From Sarea resinae (lineage: Eukaryota): a stretch of 64,000 nt of DNA. A model generated the notes under the pieces. The model was not told where the DNA came from and searched no databases. It worked only from the letters and a program-made list of their open reading frames with translations. Position numbers and translations under genes: made by a program. The DNA lies in NCBI GenBank assembly GCA_026026165.1, contig JAPEUD010000008.1, positions 1-64,000 on the forward strand, written 5' to 3'. This document shows positions 24,549-36,246 of the stretch, piece after piece. Numbering within the stretch: the first letter of the stretch is position 1; every line of letters begins with the position of its first letter.

Positions 24549-25886
24549 CTAGCAGCGGAGCTCGGATCTACGAGGCAGCGGCGGTGCCGGTGGAAGGCCC
24601 ATCAACATGTTCCACTCATTCCGCGTGATGGGCGTGACATCGGTCGCGGTATTTGGCGTTATGGGACCACGCCAGGATCGCTCGGAGACAGGCCGCGAAT
24701 GCAAAAGAGGTTCAGGTACTCGGTCAGGTTCAAGTTCGGGTTCGAATCCAGCGTCAGCAATTTCGGTACGCTCAAGGTCAGGTTCGGATCTAGCTCGAGC
24801 AGCAACCTCGGCGGGTTCGGGCGTAAGGTCCAGCGTGGTCCTCAGTACACACGGTGTCGAGGAGGTATGTGGGAGCTGCCTCTCATCCCCTATAGCGATG
24901 GCGATGCCGATCTCCCCATACGAGGCCACGTAACCGTCGTTGATGTGGCGAAGAAGGCTATCGTCAATGGGTAGATGGACATGGGCACGGGAGAGGTAGT
25001 TGCGGGTTATAGGACGATGGCCGTGTGCTTCTGTGATTCGTCGAAGGGTGGTAATACAGGTGTTTTCGAGAGCAAGCACTGCACCCTCCCTCGGCGATGA
25101 GTCTTTGCCAACATCTGTAACGGTGTTGGAGTCGAAATCGTCATCCTCAGGGTCTAGGAGAAAGGATGTTTCGACGGGGGGTGACGAGGGTGAAGGGGGA
25201 ACGTTCTTCTCCGAGTGTGAGGACAAGGCATCAAGTTGCAGCTTGAAAGTGTAAACGTGATCGATGGCCAAAAGCGTTAGTCCCTCGCTGGAGAAGAGGA
25301 CTTGGTTCTGTAACAGAGATCGGCGGACCAGAAACGCGTCTTCTCGGGTTTGACCTTCAAATCCGTCTGGTGACATGTCGAGAAGTCGTTTCATCCATTC
25401 GTCGCCGATCAGAAACTTCTTAGCCGCTTTGGCAACGATGGTCATAATGGCGCGATACGCTTTGGGGCTGAGTGGATGCGCTGGGATGAGCATGAGATTC
25501 TGCAAAGGATCCCAGCCAACGATGAGAGTGAGCAGGTGCTGCTTGCTCTGCAATTTCTGCGAGATGTAGTCCAGAGCCGGCAGGAGATACGGCGGAATAC
25601 GAAACTGTTTGACATTGTCGTGTTTGACGTCAAAAGATGCGGATGTCGGGGTCGAGCTCGGAGTCGATTTTGGAGTGGAGGCAGGACTCGACGATGTGCT
25701 CGATTCTGGACTGGACGTCGCAGTCGACGACGGAGTCTCGGAGACACCAGATGCTGGACCTGGAATGGGAGTCGAAGATGTGGAACAAGCTTTTTCATCC
25801 TTGTCTCCCCGTTTCGATGATCTGAGGGACGCCAGTCTGCGTAAACTTCCAAAGACCGCCATTACAGTCTCTGCTCGTTCCTCCAC
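24549..25886 (-). CDS. Fungal hypothetical protein, single exon, 445 aa
   Basis: Long clean ORF with an S/T-rich N-terminus, a globular-looking core (LLPALDYISQKL, LVRRSLLQNQVLFSSEGLTLLAIDHVYTFK) and a C-terminal GPITPN..DVTPITRNEW motif. Confidence 0.8.
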   Translation of the reverse strand: MEERAETVMAVFGSLRRLASLRSSKRGDKDEKACSTSSTPIPGPASGVSETPSSTATSSPESSTSSSPASTPKSTPSSTPTSASFDVKHDNVKQFRIPPYLLPALDYISQKLQSKQHLLTLIVGWDPLQNLMLIPAHPLSPKAYRAIMTIVAKAAKKFLIGDEWMKRLLDMSPDGFEGQTREDAFLVRRSLLQNQVLFSSEGLTLLAIDHVYTFKLQLDALSSHSEKNVPPSPSSPPVETSFLLDPEDDDFDSNTVTDVGKDSSPREGAVLALENTCITTLRRITEAHGHRPITRNYLSRAHVHLPIDDSLLRHINDGYVASYGEIGIAIAIGDERQLPHTSSTPCVLRTTLDLTPEPAEVAARARSEPDLERTEIADAGFEPELEPDRVPEPLLHSRPVSERSWRGPITPNTATDVTPITRNEWNMLMGLPPAPPLPRRSELRC

Positions 25887-27248
25887 CGAAGTAAAGATGC
25901 CTCACCCTTCGGGGTCCACAAGGCAAGAGAAACAAAGAGAAACAATTAGAGTTCGAGGAATTTAATGAAAGACTCGACGAACCCCACGTCACGCTCTGTC
26001 TCCAGAAGAAGAGAGGACAAAGTGAACATATAGACCAGCTGGAACGTGCCATGCATCCCCACTTGGAACCAAAATAAAACAACAAATCCGAAACATAGCT
26101 CTCAAACGCCGCTCTTTTCCTCCTCAACACGTACATATACGAGACGAGGAATGTAGGTATAGTCCAAGTAAGCACCAGAGGCATGGGAAATGTGGAGTCC
26201 CGCCATGGGTGCACAGACGGCACGAGTGAGTAGGGGTGCCTTAGCCACTTAGGCGGGCGCTTATAGGCATTCCCCCAATGGCCTGCCATCGCCCCCTCGA
26301 GGCGCCTCCGAGAGACGGGCGGGAGAAGGTGGACGGGAAGGAATGGTGGTTTGGGAGAGGTTAGCTTGGGTCCCTAATAGAAAGCGCGGCATCTCTCTAA
26401 CGCGTAAACAGCGTAAACAAGTCGATCGAGAGGCGATTAGGCATGGCCGTGGAGGTGTAGGAGTCCGATCCATGGACGTTGGCTTCTGCTGGCGCACTGG
26501 CTCGCCGCCTGATTTGCCCGTGGGGGGTGACGAGCTTGGGCGGCCAAGTCGCTAAAAGCGCCCCATGTTGGTGGCCCCTGCCCTCGGACCCCAGATATAG
26601 CAACACCAGCAAGACTCGTGCCGTCCCTAGAATTATCCACGTCCGAAGACGAATGCTGTTTCCGACGGCGAGCGAGAGCGCGTGCAGCAGCGAGGAAATT
26701 GGACAATCAGAACAATGGACTCCATCAGAGGGGCGTTGATACAGCGCAGATGGAAAGACGTACATCTCCATCCATCTTGCTATTGATCGAAGCTTGACCC
26801 CGTTGGAGCCTCCCAGAATGACTGGCCGTTGACTGTATGAGCTCACAAATTCACAATTAGAGATACAGCTTTCTCACGTACGAAGCACTGTACTGAACTA
26901 CGGCACAATTGCCATGGGGGAATCAGGCATTATCGTAAGCGGCATTCAGCGTTCATTGTTCATCCCCACAGGAAGCAAGAGCACGTCGATAGTATCATTG
27001 GTACGTGCGGCGTATCGAGCTATTCGTTGCGTAGCATTCAGTGTAGTGAGAGTAATGTGAGGGTAATGTCGCTCGTCGGCAGAGGCCGGCCAATGCCCAA
27101 TACAATAAACTCCCTGGTATCTGCCCGTCCACCAAATGACCCCCCAAATCCTATCCGCACTCCAGAGAACATAATAGAGACAATTCGTAGAATTACAAAG
27201 ATGGGAAAGCAAAGCCGTTCATCGTTGACATTTGTGAGAGCAAGCAAA

Positions 27249-29470
27249 TCACGCCTCCTCTTCTTCCTCTGAGTGAATCTTCAGCCCACCCTCGACTTGC
27301 ACTCCATCTTTTACCCACGGCATCTTGGCCACGGCATCTATACTCAGTCTCGTTCGTGCCCGCTTGAGAAGGCCCTCAACGACTGGTCTGGCACCTGAAA
27401 GCTCTTGGCCCTTGATTTCGTCCCACTCGCCGTCTTCATCTGCGAAGCGATACCAGCTCCATTCGACCCGTGCGACCCGGTGCGCCGTGCGACTTCTGCC
27501 GGCGGGTTGACCGGGCAAAGGATCAAACGGCAGACGTCCTTCCATGATGGCGTAGAGTAAGACACCGAGGGCCCATGCGTCAGTTGCGCGGCCATCGTAG
27601 GGCTGGCCCATGAGCAGTTCCGGGGCGGCGTAATCCTCACTGCCACAGCGCGTATGAAGTAAAGGTGACTCCGGCTCTTTTGGAACATAGCGTGAAAGCC
27701 CAAGGTCAGTGAGGGTCACGACGGGACTGGGAAAGGTTTGCCAGTCATCCACTGAGAGTATTGAATCGGGCCGAAGATTGAGCAGAACATCTAAGGAGCA
27801 AGTCAATATTAGTAATGGCATACTTAAAAAGTGCAGCAACGAGTAGAAAGCATACTTTCGAGCTTGATGTCACGGTGTACGATCCTTTTTTGATGCAAAT
27901 ACTGTACGGCCGCGACCAGTTCAGCGAATATCCTTCTGACAAGCTCCGGGACAAGTAATTCCAAATGTGCACTCGCAACATCGAAGAGGTCGCCTCCCGG
28001 GCAATAACCCAGGACAAGCAATGCTCGAGATGTTTCGACACTGTATGCTTTGAGGTGCACCACCGAGGGATGGTTGATCGATTTTAGAATGTCCAGCTCA
28101 CGCTTCAATGAGCTCTCCACCCTTGTTTCATCCGCTCCTCCAGCAGGCCCATGTTCAATCACCTTGACCGCTACAAGCTTCCGCGGATTGAGTTGTGATT
28201 CTTCTAGAGCGAGGCTTCTATCATCGTCTTCTCCAAGTCCTTCACTTGTTGCTAGGTGCACTTTGCTGAATGTTCCTTGTCCTAAAAGGCGAATGGCCCT
28301 CCATTTTCTCCGTCTGTTCACTGACACTGTCCGTGCCTCAAAGCACTCATATGGCAATTTCTGCGACAGTGATTTGACTTCATCATGTCGCACTCCAGTG
28401 CTTACCGGGCTCTCATTATCACTACTTTCAGCGCCACTCCGGCTACTTGCCGGTGGAGTTGGCGGACGAGCCACAGTCAAACCCCTCTGAGCGGCCAGGT
28501 ATTCTTCACGATGCATTTGAGGTTCAGGTGGGGTGGTCTTTCCTGAAGGGGAAATTATGCTACCGGTCCCCGCCATAGTGACTTGACGATGTCGGGGTAG
28601 TTGGATTGAATCGGGTACGAAATCGCTGAGACTTCTATTCCTACTATGAGCACTGACTCCTTGCTCCGCCTGGATGTTAGCGCTGTGGGCTTCGGTGGCA
28701 GCAGGCATAAGGTTATAATAGTTCCTTCTCTTCCGTTGAGAACCCGACGAAGAGATAGATCCGTTGCTCGACGGCCGATTTCCAGAGTCGGCCGGTGCCA
28801 AGACGGGTGAATCCTTCGATCCACGTCGCGTCGACAGCCACTTCCATGGTCCAGGAGAATCTCCCGACACAATGGGAGAAGGTAAGGGTGTAAGATCAGC
28901 CATCGGGCCCAGTGCAGGCGAGGAAAACGCAGAAGCTGGTGATAGCGAGTCGGCCGTGGTGGTGGTCGCAGACAATGTCCCCTTCACGCTGGGTGTACGG
29001 GCAGGAAGAGTGGAGAGGGTCGGAGTCAAGTCCGATGCAGTATAGCTATCCAGATCTGAGCCCATGTGATGGCGACCCGGTGCGGAGGGTTTCGCAGCTT
29101 GTTCGGCAAGGTCAGTCTGCAGCCGGAGCCCAGCACTGAGCGGGCTATAGGAAGGATGTGTATTTATAAAACCGTGCGGTTGCAGGCCATTGCTCGTGTC
29201 GATGCTCGGTATAGAGCCATATTGCTTCGATGGAGCGCCATGTACTTGGTCGTTAAGTGTCTGCCCCCGTTCAAAGGGCGCGTTCTCTGTCAGACGGGGG
29301 CCTGAGGAGGAATCGTTCGTACTGGACAGATTGGGACCGGGGATGGGGACTGTGTGTCCATCAGCCCGCGACTCGTGCTCGTTCGACGGGTCGGGAAGTC
29401 GTCGCAATGACTTTGTGTCGTCATCGGCTTTATCTGTCGAAGACAAAGAGGACGCGGAGGGCTGGAGCAT
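27249..29470 (-). CDS. Ser/Thr protein kinase, Prr1-like, 2 exons
   Basis: LGQGTFSKV, VAVK, HRDIKLE|NVL, DLGLSR, CGSEDYAAPE, DAWALGV. Long disordered N-terminus. Confidence 0.9.
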
Positions 29471-30341
29471 GGTGAGGAGGGGCACAGCCTTGAAGCGGTG
29501 CGCGTTCTTTGAAGCAAGCACCTCGAGGCGTTGCGCGCGGTATCCGGTAGAGGGATACACGAAGTACGAATGGAAGTTTGGATGAATCATGGAAATGTGG
29601 ACAGAAGCAGTTTAAGCGCACTCGAGGCAACGGCATCCCATCCCATCCCATCCCATCCCATGCCGTCTACTACTCTACATAGCAAAGTAGCACTCTACTG
29701 CGCAGTACGGCGCCAGTGCGCAGTAGAGGCAATTAAAACGATGATTATGATATTCCGACCTATCAGAATGGTGCAACTATTGAATTGTTGGTGTCAGCGC
29801 ATGCGAAAAGTCTCCAGGTGTGTCGGCCCAGGGGCGCTACAGCAGATGCTAGAGCAACTCTAATTGCCAATCTGCTCTAACGTCGAATTGGTCCCGGTCG
29901 GTCGACGTGTCCCGATGGAGGCATCCCGATACTCATGCTCGGCATCTGATGCTGCAGATGTTCAGGACTCGGACACTGGCACATCAACTGATCGCGACCT
30001 TCTACTCCATAGTACATGATCTCTCTCGATAGCATTGACTCGGCCTCTCCGTCCTGTTGGCGAAGCCGTTCTCTCCTCTCTCCCTGTCTGTGGGTTGGCA
30101 CGCATGGATGAGGAAACTGACTCGGATGAGACATCCATGTCAGGTGATTGACACTACGGAGTAGTATCCATACCATGTACTGAAGTACTCCAAGTAGCTG
30201 CGATCTTGCCCAGCCACTCACTTTCAAGACAATCGAGAACGAGAAATCCATCTACTCCGGAGTAGATGTGTCACGGCCTACCTATTACGCGTACGCTTAC
30301 AGTCGGCCTGCAGGCTTCAATAAACTGCCTAGCTAATCTCC

Positions 30342-31738
30342 TCAGGCTGCGCCAGCCTCGCCCATACGCCTCTTGATAACGTCGACGATATCTTGCATCC
30401 CCTTCTGTCTCGTGGCTTTCGTATCGCCTAGAAACAAGGCCACAACGGGCCACGCATGAATCGAACCTTCCTGCTCCTGGACCTCCGTGTGCACGCCAGC
30501 TGCCTTGAGGACGCCGATCAATTCCCAAGTCTCAGGGGCAAAGACTTCCTCGGAGCCAAAGGTCAAGAAGAATCCTTTCTTTGGCGATGCCCGAGCCCAC
30601 CAATCTCGATCCTTGCATGTCCCGGGAGACGCGATAGGATCGCCCAAGAGCGCCTTCGTCCCGGTGTATTGGAGAGCGTACTGATGCAGTGTATTAGCAT
30701 CTAGATAGTCACTTGGCGTGTTCCGATTCATCGGAGACAGTAACGTGGTCCATGGTGAAATGCAAACGGACAAGCCCGGCCGTCGGTCCATGTAGTCTGG
30801 ATATTGCGCGACGTGCAAAAGCAGGCTGAGTATCAATGTTGCTCCGGCCGAGTCACCACCGACGCAGATGCGAGACGAATCTCCCATGATAGATTGCAAA
30901 TGATCGTAGCCAGCGATCGTTTCCTGAAGCTGGGTAGGATACATGGCGTCGGGCACGAGGGTGTACTCCAGAGCAAACAAGGCAGGGTTTTGATACCCAG
31001 CTTCTTTCAGTAGGCTCACCCATGCCAGCAAGAACTCTAGATAAAAATAGCTGGAGCCCATTGAAAAGCCTCCGCCTGCACGAAAATCAGAGCCTGTTAC
31101 TGCGAGACAGAGGTGTGAATATCGAACAGCGGCTCACCATGGCAATAATAGATAGCAATATCTGGTTTCATACGGTCATCGTATGTGATCCAGAGGCCTT
31201 TCATGGAATTCTAGCATCCTCACTACAGTCAGAAAGGGATTCGATAATAGCTTCTATATGTTCGAGCTAGAGAAGGGTTCCACGAACCGTCTTAACTTCC
31301 CGCCAGGAGACTGGCGAGATTAGATAGCCATGCCGCAGCATGCGAAACCGCAAAAATGGCAACGCCACACCCTTTGAGAAGAAGACTCTACCAATCTTCG
31401 CCGGTATGTTGCCAAATGCATATCGAACGCATCGGATAACGAAGTCTTCGAATCCCGTGGCGGTCTTGACGAAAGGAGTCTGGCTCTTGCTCTTCGTTAG
31501 ATATCGCCCCCTGACAAATTCATAAGGCAACTGTAGCACTGTGACAGTATCAGTTTTCAGAACCGTTTGCGATATCCTGATCAATTCTGGGGCAGAACGA
31601 CTGCACCTTACCGAGGAATGGTAACGCGGAACATGCACATAGAAAGGTATCGCAAAATCCAACTTGTATAAGCAATTGAGGCGTAAGAAAGAGCAAGAAA
31701 ACAAAGCAATCTAAATAGGATATCTGATCCAGAATCAT
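30342..31738 (-). CDS. Alpha/beta hydrolase (HSL-like; Say1/Mug180-type) with an N-terminal hydrophobic segment, 4 exons
   Basis: YYCHG|GGFSMGS oxyanion motif, GDSAG nucleophile elbow, GSEEVF and HAWP catalytic motifs. Confidence 0.88.
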
Positions 31739-32336
31739 CCTGAGCGAGCAGTCGAATGTGAGTTCCCTGCGTTGCCAAATGTGGGCATGAAAGATGACCA
31801 TCAACCAAGCATTGTTGATGTTGAGAGCTTGCCAGTCAATGACAGGTTGACTTGAGCTTAGGTATAGGCAGATAAGTAGTCTATACTCAAACCAGGCCGA
31901 TGCGACGTCCGACGAATTCCCAACCTATCGTGAGATCTGAAGGCAAGTTTGTACGATGGTGAAGCGTGCGTGAATATGTGCCATTGATTCAAGTTTTGTA
32001 CCAATTGACTTGCAGTGTGACGCCGTAAAGCTTTCGAAGAATCCGTGGTATAGATCCACAGATGTAGACTGGCACTCACTGTCAGACATTGAACTTGGCC
32101 CTTCTCGCCTGCAACCTTTTCGCTGAGGAATGATTTCGACAACCGAAAAGCCTCGTCGACTCTCCAACTCCAAATTTCTGCTACAAACCACCAAGCCACG
32201 AAGTTTCACAGCATCTTTCGAAGCCATCATTATGAAACCGTGATAGAGCTCCTCATACCCTGCAGGTGGCGAGAGCCGAGCATCCGTGTCGTATCAGCTA
32301 TTGCATCCTCGATTCGTCGGTCTAGGAAGCTCAACC

Positions 32337-35300
32337 ATGGCTACTACTGCAGCATCGACGACTGCAATGGAAATCGCAAAGTAAGCTATGTGATGGTGGA
32401 CGATATCTGAGTAGCGGCTAATCAAAGCACCTCAGCTCTCTGACGCAAGATGAGATCCCAATCAAGTTGCGATGTGCCTGCTGCAACAAGTTGGCAATCA
32501 ACGCGTTTCGGCTGCCTTGTTGCGACCAGCTGATCTGTGAGAACTGTGAGCTCAACCTTCTACATTTCGCCATTGCTATACTTACCTTTGTGGTGAAAAG
32601 GTCAATCCTCTCTCCCTGTCAGTTGTCCGGTCTGTGAGCATTCCCCGATCTCGGCCGAGGACTGTAAGCCACACAAGGCTATGAGGACAACTATCAAGGT
32701 ATATCTCCGGACGAAAGAGAAGCAGAGGGAATCTGTCAAGCACGGCGAGCGATCGCAGGGCTCTGCCAAGCCATTACCCGCTCCGGCGTCTTCTTCGAAT
32801 GATCCTTCAACGACCACCACTGCTGTCGAACCGGTTGCCGCGAAAGAGGTGCCTATTCAGTCGCAGACACCTATCGATGATGCAAAGCCTAAAGATTCGG
32901 CACAAGACGTCATAGTCAATGGTGCTCAAGAATCAGAAGAAGCCCAGAAAGATATTCCTAGGCCTTCCATCGAGGTGAGTACAAGCGCACCCGCTTTCAT
33001 AGATAGTCCTAATTCAAAGTCTAGGCTACGGATGGAACTGTGGACCCAAATGCATCCGTAGTGTCTACAGCACCTGATGCGCAAATCTCAGAACCAAAAA
33101 ATGCGCAGGCTCATGCGTCTGAGGAGCAGAGTTCACGAGTGGGGCAAAAGCAAGAGCAAGGAGTGCAATGGAATCCGACTCAAATGCAAGCCGAGAACTT
33201 CAGTGGAGGATTTGCTTTCGATGGTTCTAATGGCGGATTTCCAAACATGGGATGGAACGGCCCTGGAGACTTCAACCAAATGATGCAAGGCATGCCAAAT
33301 GGGATGCAGAACAGTTGGGGCGGATTCCCAAATATGATGGGTGAGTCGCATCATGGTCTAGATATCTTGCTGCATAATTACTGACCCATATTGTTTCCTA
33401 GGTATGCCTGGGATGAATATGGATCCAACGGCCATGTCGCAGGGCATGTATGGAGGATTCGATGGTCAGGGAATGGGCATGAATGGGATGAGTATGGGAA
33501 TGGGCTACGGCGCTGGACAAGGCGGGTTTGGTGGTTGGGATGGGCAACCAGGCGCTTGGAGTGGAGGTCAAGATAAATTCATTCCAAATTCAAATGGTGG
33601 CCATGCCAGTGGTATGGGAAATGATTTTGGAGCTTTTGCTGGCTATCATCCCGGTGGTGGTTATAATCTGCAATCTCGCCACGATAATTTCAGTCAGATG
33701 CATCACCCGCAATACTCAAACAATAACTTCCAAAATAGCTTCAACGGACAAAGCTATCCTCCGAGAGATGATGGTTCCCGCCGACAGAGCACTGGCAATG
33801 GCGGCCAAATTCGAAATGCATCTGTCCACAATGTTGAGGGTAATGATGCAGCATTCTCTCATCAACTTCCAGTAGGTTTCGATTCTATTGATAGTACACA
33901 GCAGCTTGCACATGGAGGTGAACCAAATGCTATGCCGAAAGAGACAGAGAAGCAGCCAACGGAAGCCGATCAAAACCATATCTTCACTGGAGATGATGAA
34001 CAAGACACTGCGGGCTCGAACGTGGCAGATGCCCCAAATGCAAATACTGCACCTTCTCCTATGAATATAACCGGACAAGGCGTCCAGGAAGAAGAAGGGA
34101 AATCGATCATAGCAGAAGAAGCCGCCAAACCAGTACCTATTGAATCGGTCATGAATACGCCAGCGGCTCAGCTAAATGGGATCGATGCGCAATTTACAGC
34201 GCCTACGGGTACAATAGGAATGACACCACCGACGGGGCCGGCCATACCTCTAGGACCGGCGGGTTTCCATCACGCAGATACTCAGCCGTTCGGAGGTCGA
34301 GGGCGTGGCTTCACTCGTGGATACATCCGGGGCGGCTTTGACTATCGAGGTGGAATGCGTGGGCGTGGAGCTAGCTTTTTGCCAAATGGTAGTCTTATTG
34401 GTCCGCACGTGCCTCACTCAAACTTGCCTACTGACTTTCCGGGAGTTGTCCCTATAGCGCCGAAAGGTGTTGGTGTCGAAGGGGCGCCGAAGGCACCTAA
34501 AGCTCTAAGGGAGGGTCTTCCCAATACTGGACTTCGAGGTGGACGAGGAGCTTTCATGGCTGGTCGGGCCGGATTTCCCACCGCGATGCCACCGACTGGG
34601 CCAGCTGCGATGGCAACACCAGGCACGCCAGTCGCCCCAGCTGTTAAAGCTGCATCCACAGCACCGTCCGCGACCGTCAAGTCAAGGAGGTAAGTAAAAG
34701 ATTTTCCTGAATTGATTTAGATTCGGTCACTCATTCTGAGTAGTCGATCACCGGAAAAGCCGCGGTCCAAATCTCGATCTCGCACGCGATCTCGTTCCCC
34801 TGAACGGCGTCACCGCCATCAGCAGCATAATTCACCGAGCAGCTCAATCAATGATGATGAGCGAGAACGAAAACGAGAGAAACGGCATCATCGGTCAAAA
34901 AAGTATACCGACGGAGAAATAGAAAACGGTAAAGAGAGAATTGCTCGGTCCCGGTCCGCGTCTTCGTCTAGGCGATCTACCCATAACAGCCGCCATGACA
35001 AAGAACGGCATACCTCCCACAAGCATAGGTCTTCTCACCGCTCGCATCGAGACCGAAGTGGAGATCATTCTCGCCGAAGACGACGATCACGTTCGGCCGC
35101 GGATCGTCCTATCGCGGAGGATGCAAAACTAGAGAAGGAATACTCCAGCAGAAATCGCGATCGAGAGAAGAAGCGGTCTCAAAGAGCGCCATCTGACCTT
35201 TCTGATGAAGGCAGTGACCATGAACGCTCCTATCGATCCCGACGCAGTAAGCGCGAAAAGAGAGATTCGGAACGCACCAGGGAAAAAGAAAAGGAGAAAG

Positions 35301-35653
35301 ACAAAGCATGCCAGCCAGACAACCATACGCTGGAACGAGAAGCTCGGAACAGAGAGCGTTTGCTCAAAGAACAAGAACGGCGGCAATCTCTGAATCAGGA
35401 GCGGGAGCGTAAGGATAGGGAGAGGAAGCGAGGCCGAGACCCAGACGAAGGGGATGGCGACGATGTGAGGGGAGATGGGCACAGGAGTCGCAGAAATGGA
35501 ACGAAATCTAGTCTCAGTCGAAGAGATTCGGAGCGAGAAGAGCCTGGGGAGGGGAAGAGGAGGAGAGTGAGTTATAAATATGACGACGAAGAAAACGAGG
35601 AGGCAAGGGCTATCAGGGTTGAGAATGAGAGAGAAGCGGCGCGATGGGGTTAA
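32337..35653 (+). CDS. N-terminal RING-like Zn finger protein with GM/RGG-rich middle and RS/charged C-terminus (RNA-processing-like), multi-exon
   Basis: LRCACCNKLAINAFRLPCCDQLICENC|QSSLPVSCPVCEH, GVEGAPKAPKALREGLPN, RSRSRSR tail, ENEREAARWG*. Confidence 0.82.
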
Positions 35654-36246
35654 CCCTAGAATCCATCTTCACCATCTACCTCACCTCAATGCCCTGCTAT
35701 TAGGTGCTTCAAGAGCCTCTTTATAGCCATGCAACTGTCCATCGATACTCGCTCTCATTCTTTGCGCAGCGTATATGAACTTCTAGCAGCCTTTTGTCCT
35801 AGCTAGGCAGATTCGTGAAAATAGTAAAATTCCAAACAGCGTAATCATGTATATTATTTCTATCCCTTCCTCAGAGTAAGGAAGCTCTACTTTCGATATC
35901 AAAGACAGACTCATTAGAATAATGCTCTTTTGCTTTACGATTATGGCCATTGATGGATGTCTCGAGTAAAGCATTATTGCCGAAGAAGTGACTAGGGATC
36001 TTAGTCGGTACGAGATACGTACTTGAGCCGCGTGTGTTAGACGCAGCGATAATAAGGTATACTAGAAGTACCCTGTCGCCCCGCGTCACAGAGCTAGAGC
36101 CTGAGCGTCAAAAATTCGTCGTCAAACTTAGTCGCCAATCCGGTGCGACTTTCTTGCCGTTCTTTCTTTTCTTTCTTTCCTCTTTCCCCCTGGCAAAAGC
36201 CGGGAAAAGGCCTGCATTGTTGCTTCAGAAGAGCTTTATCGCCATC

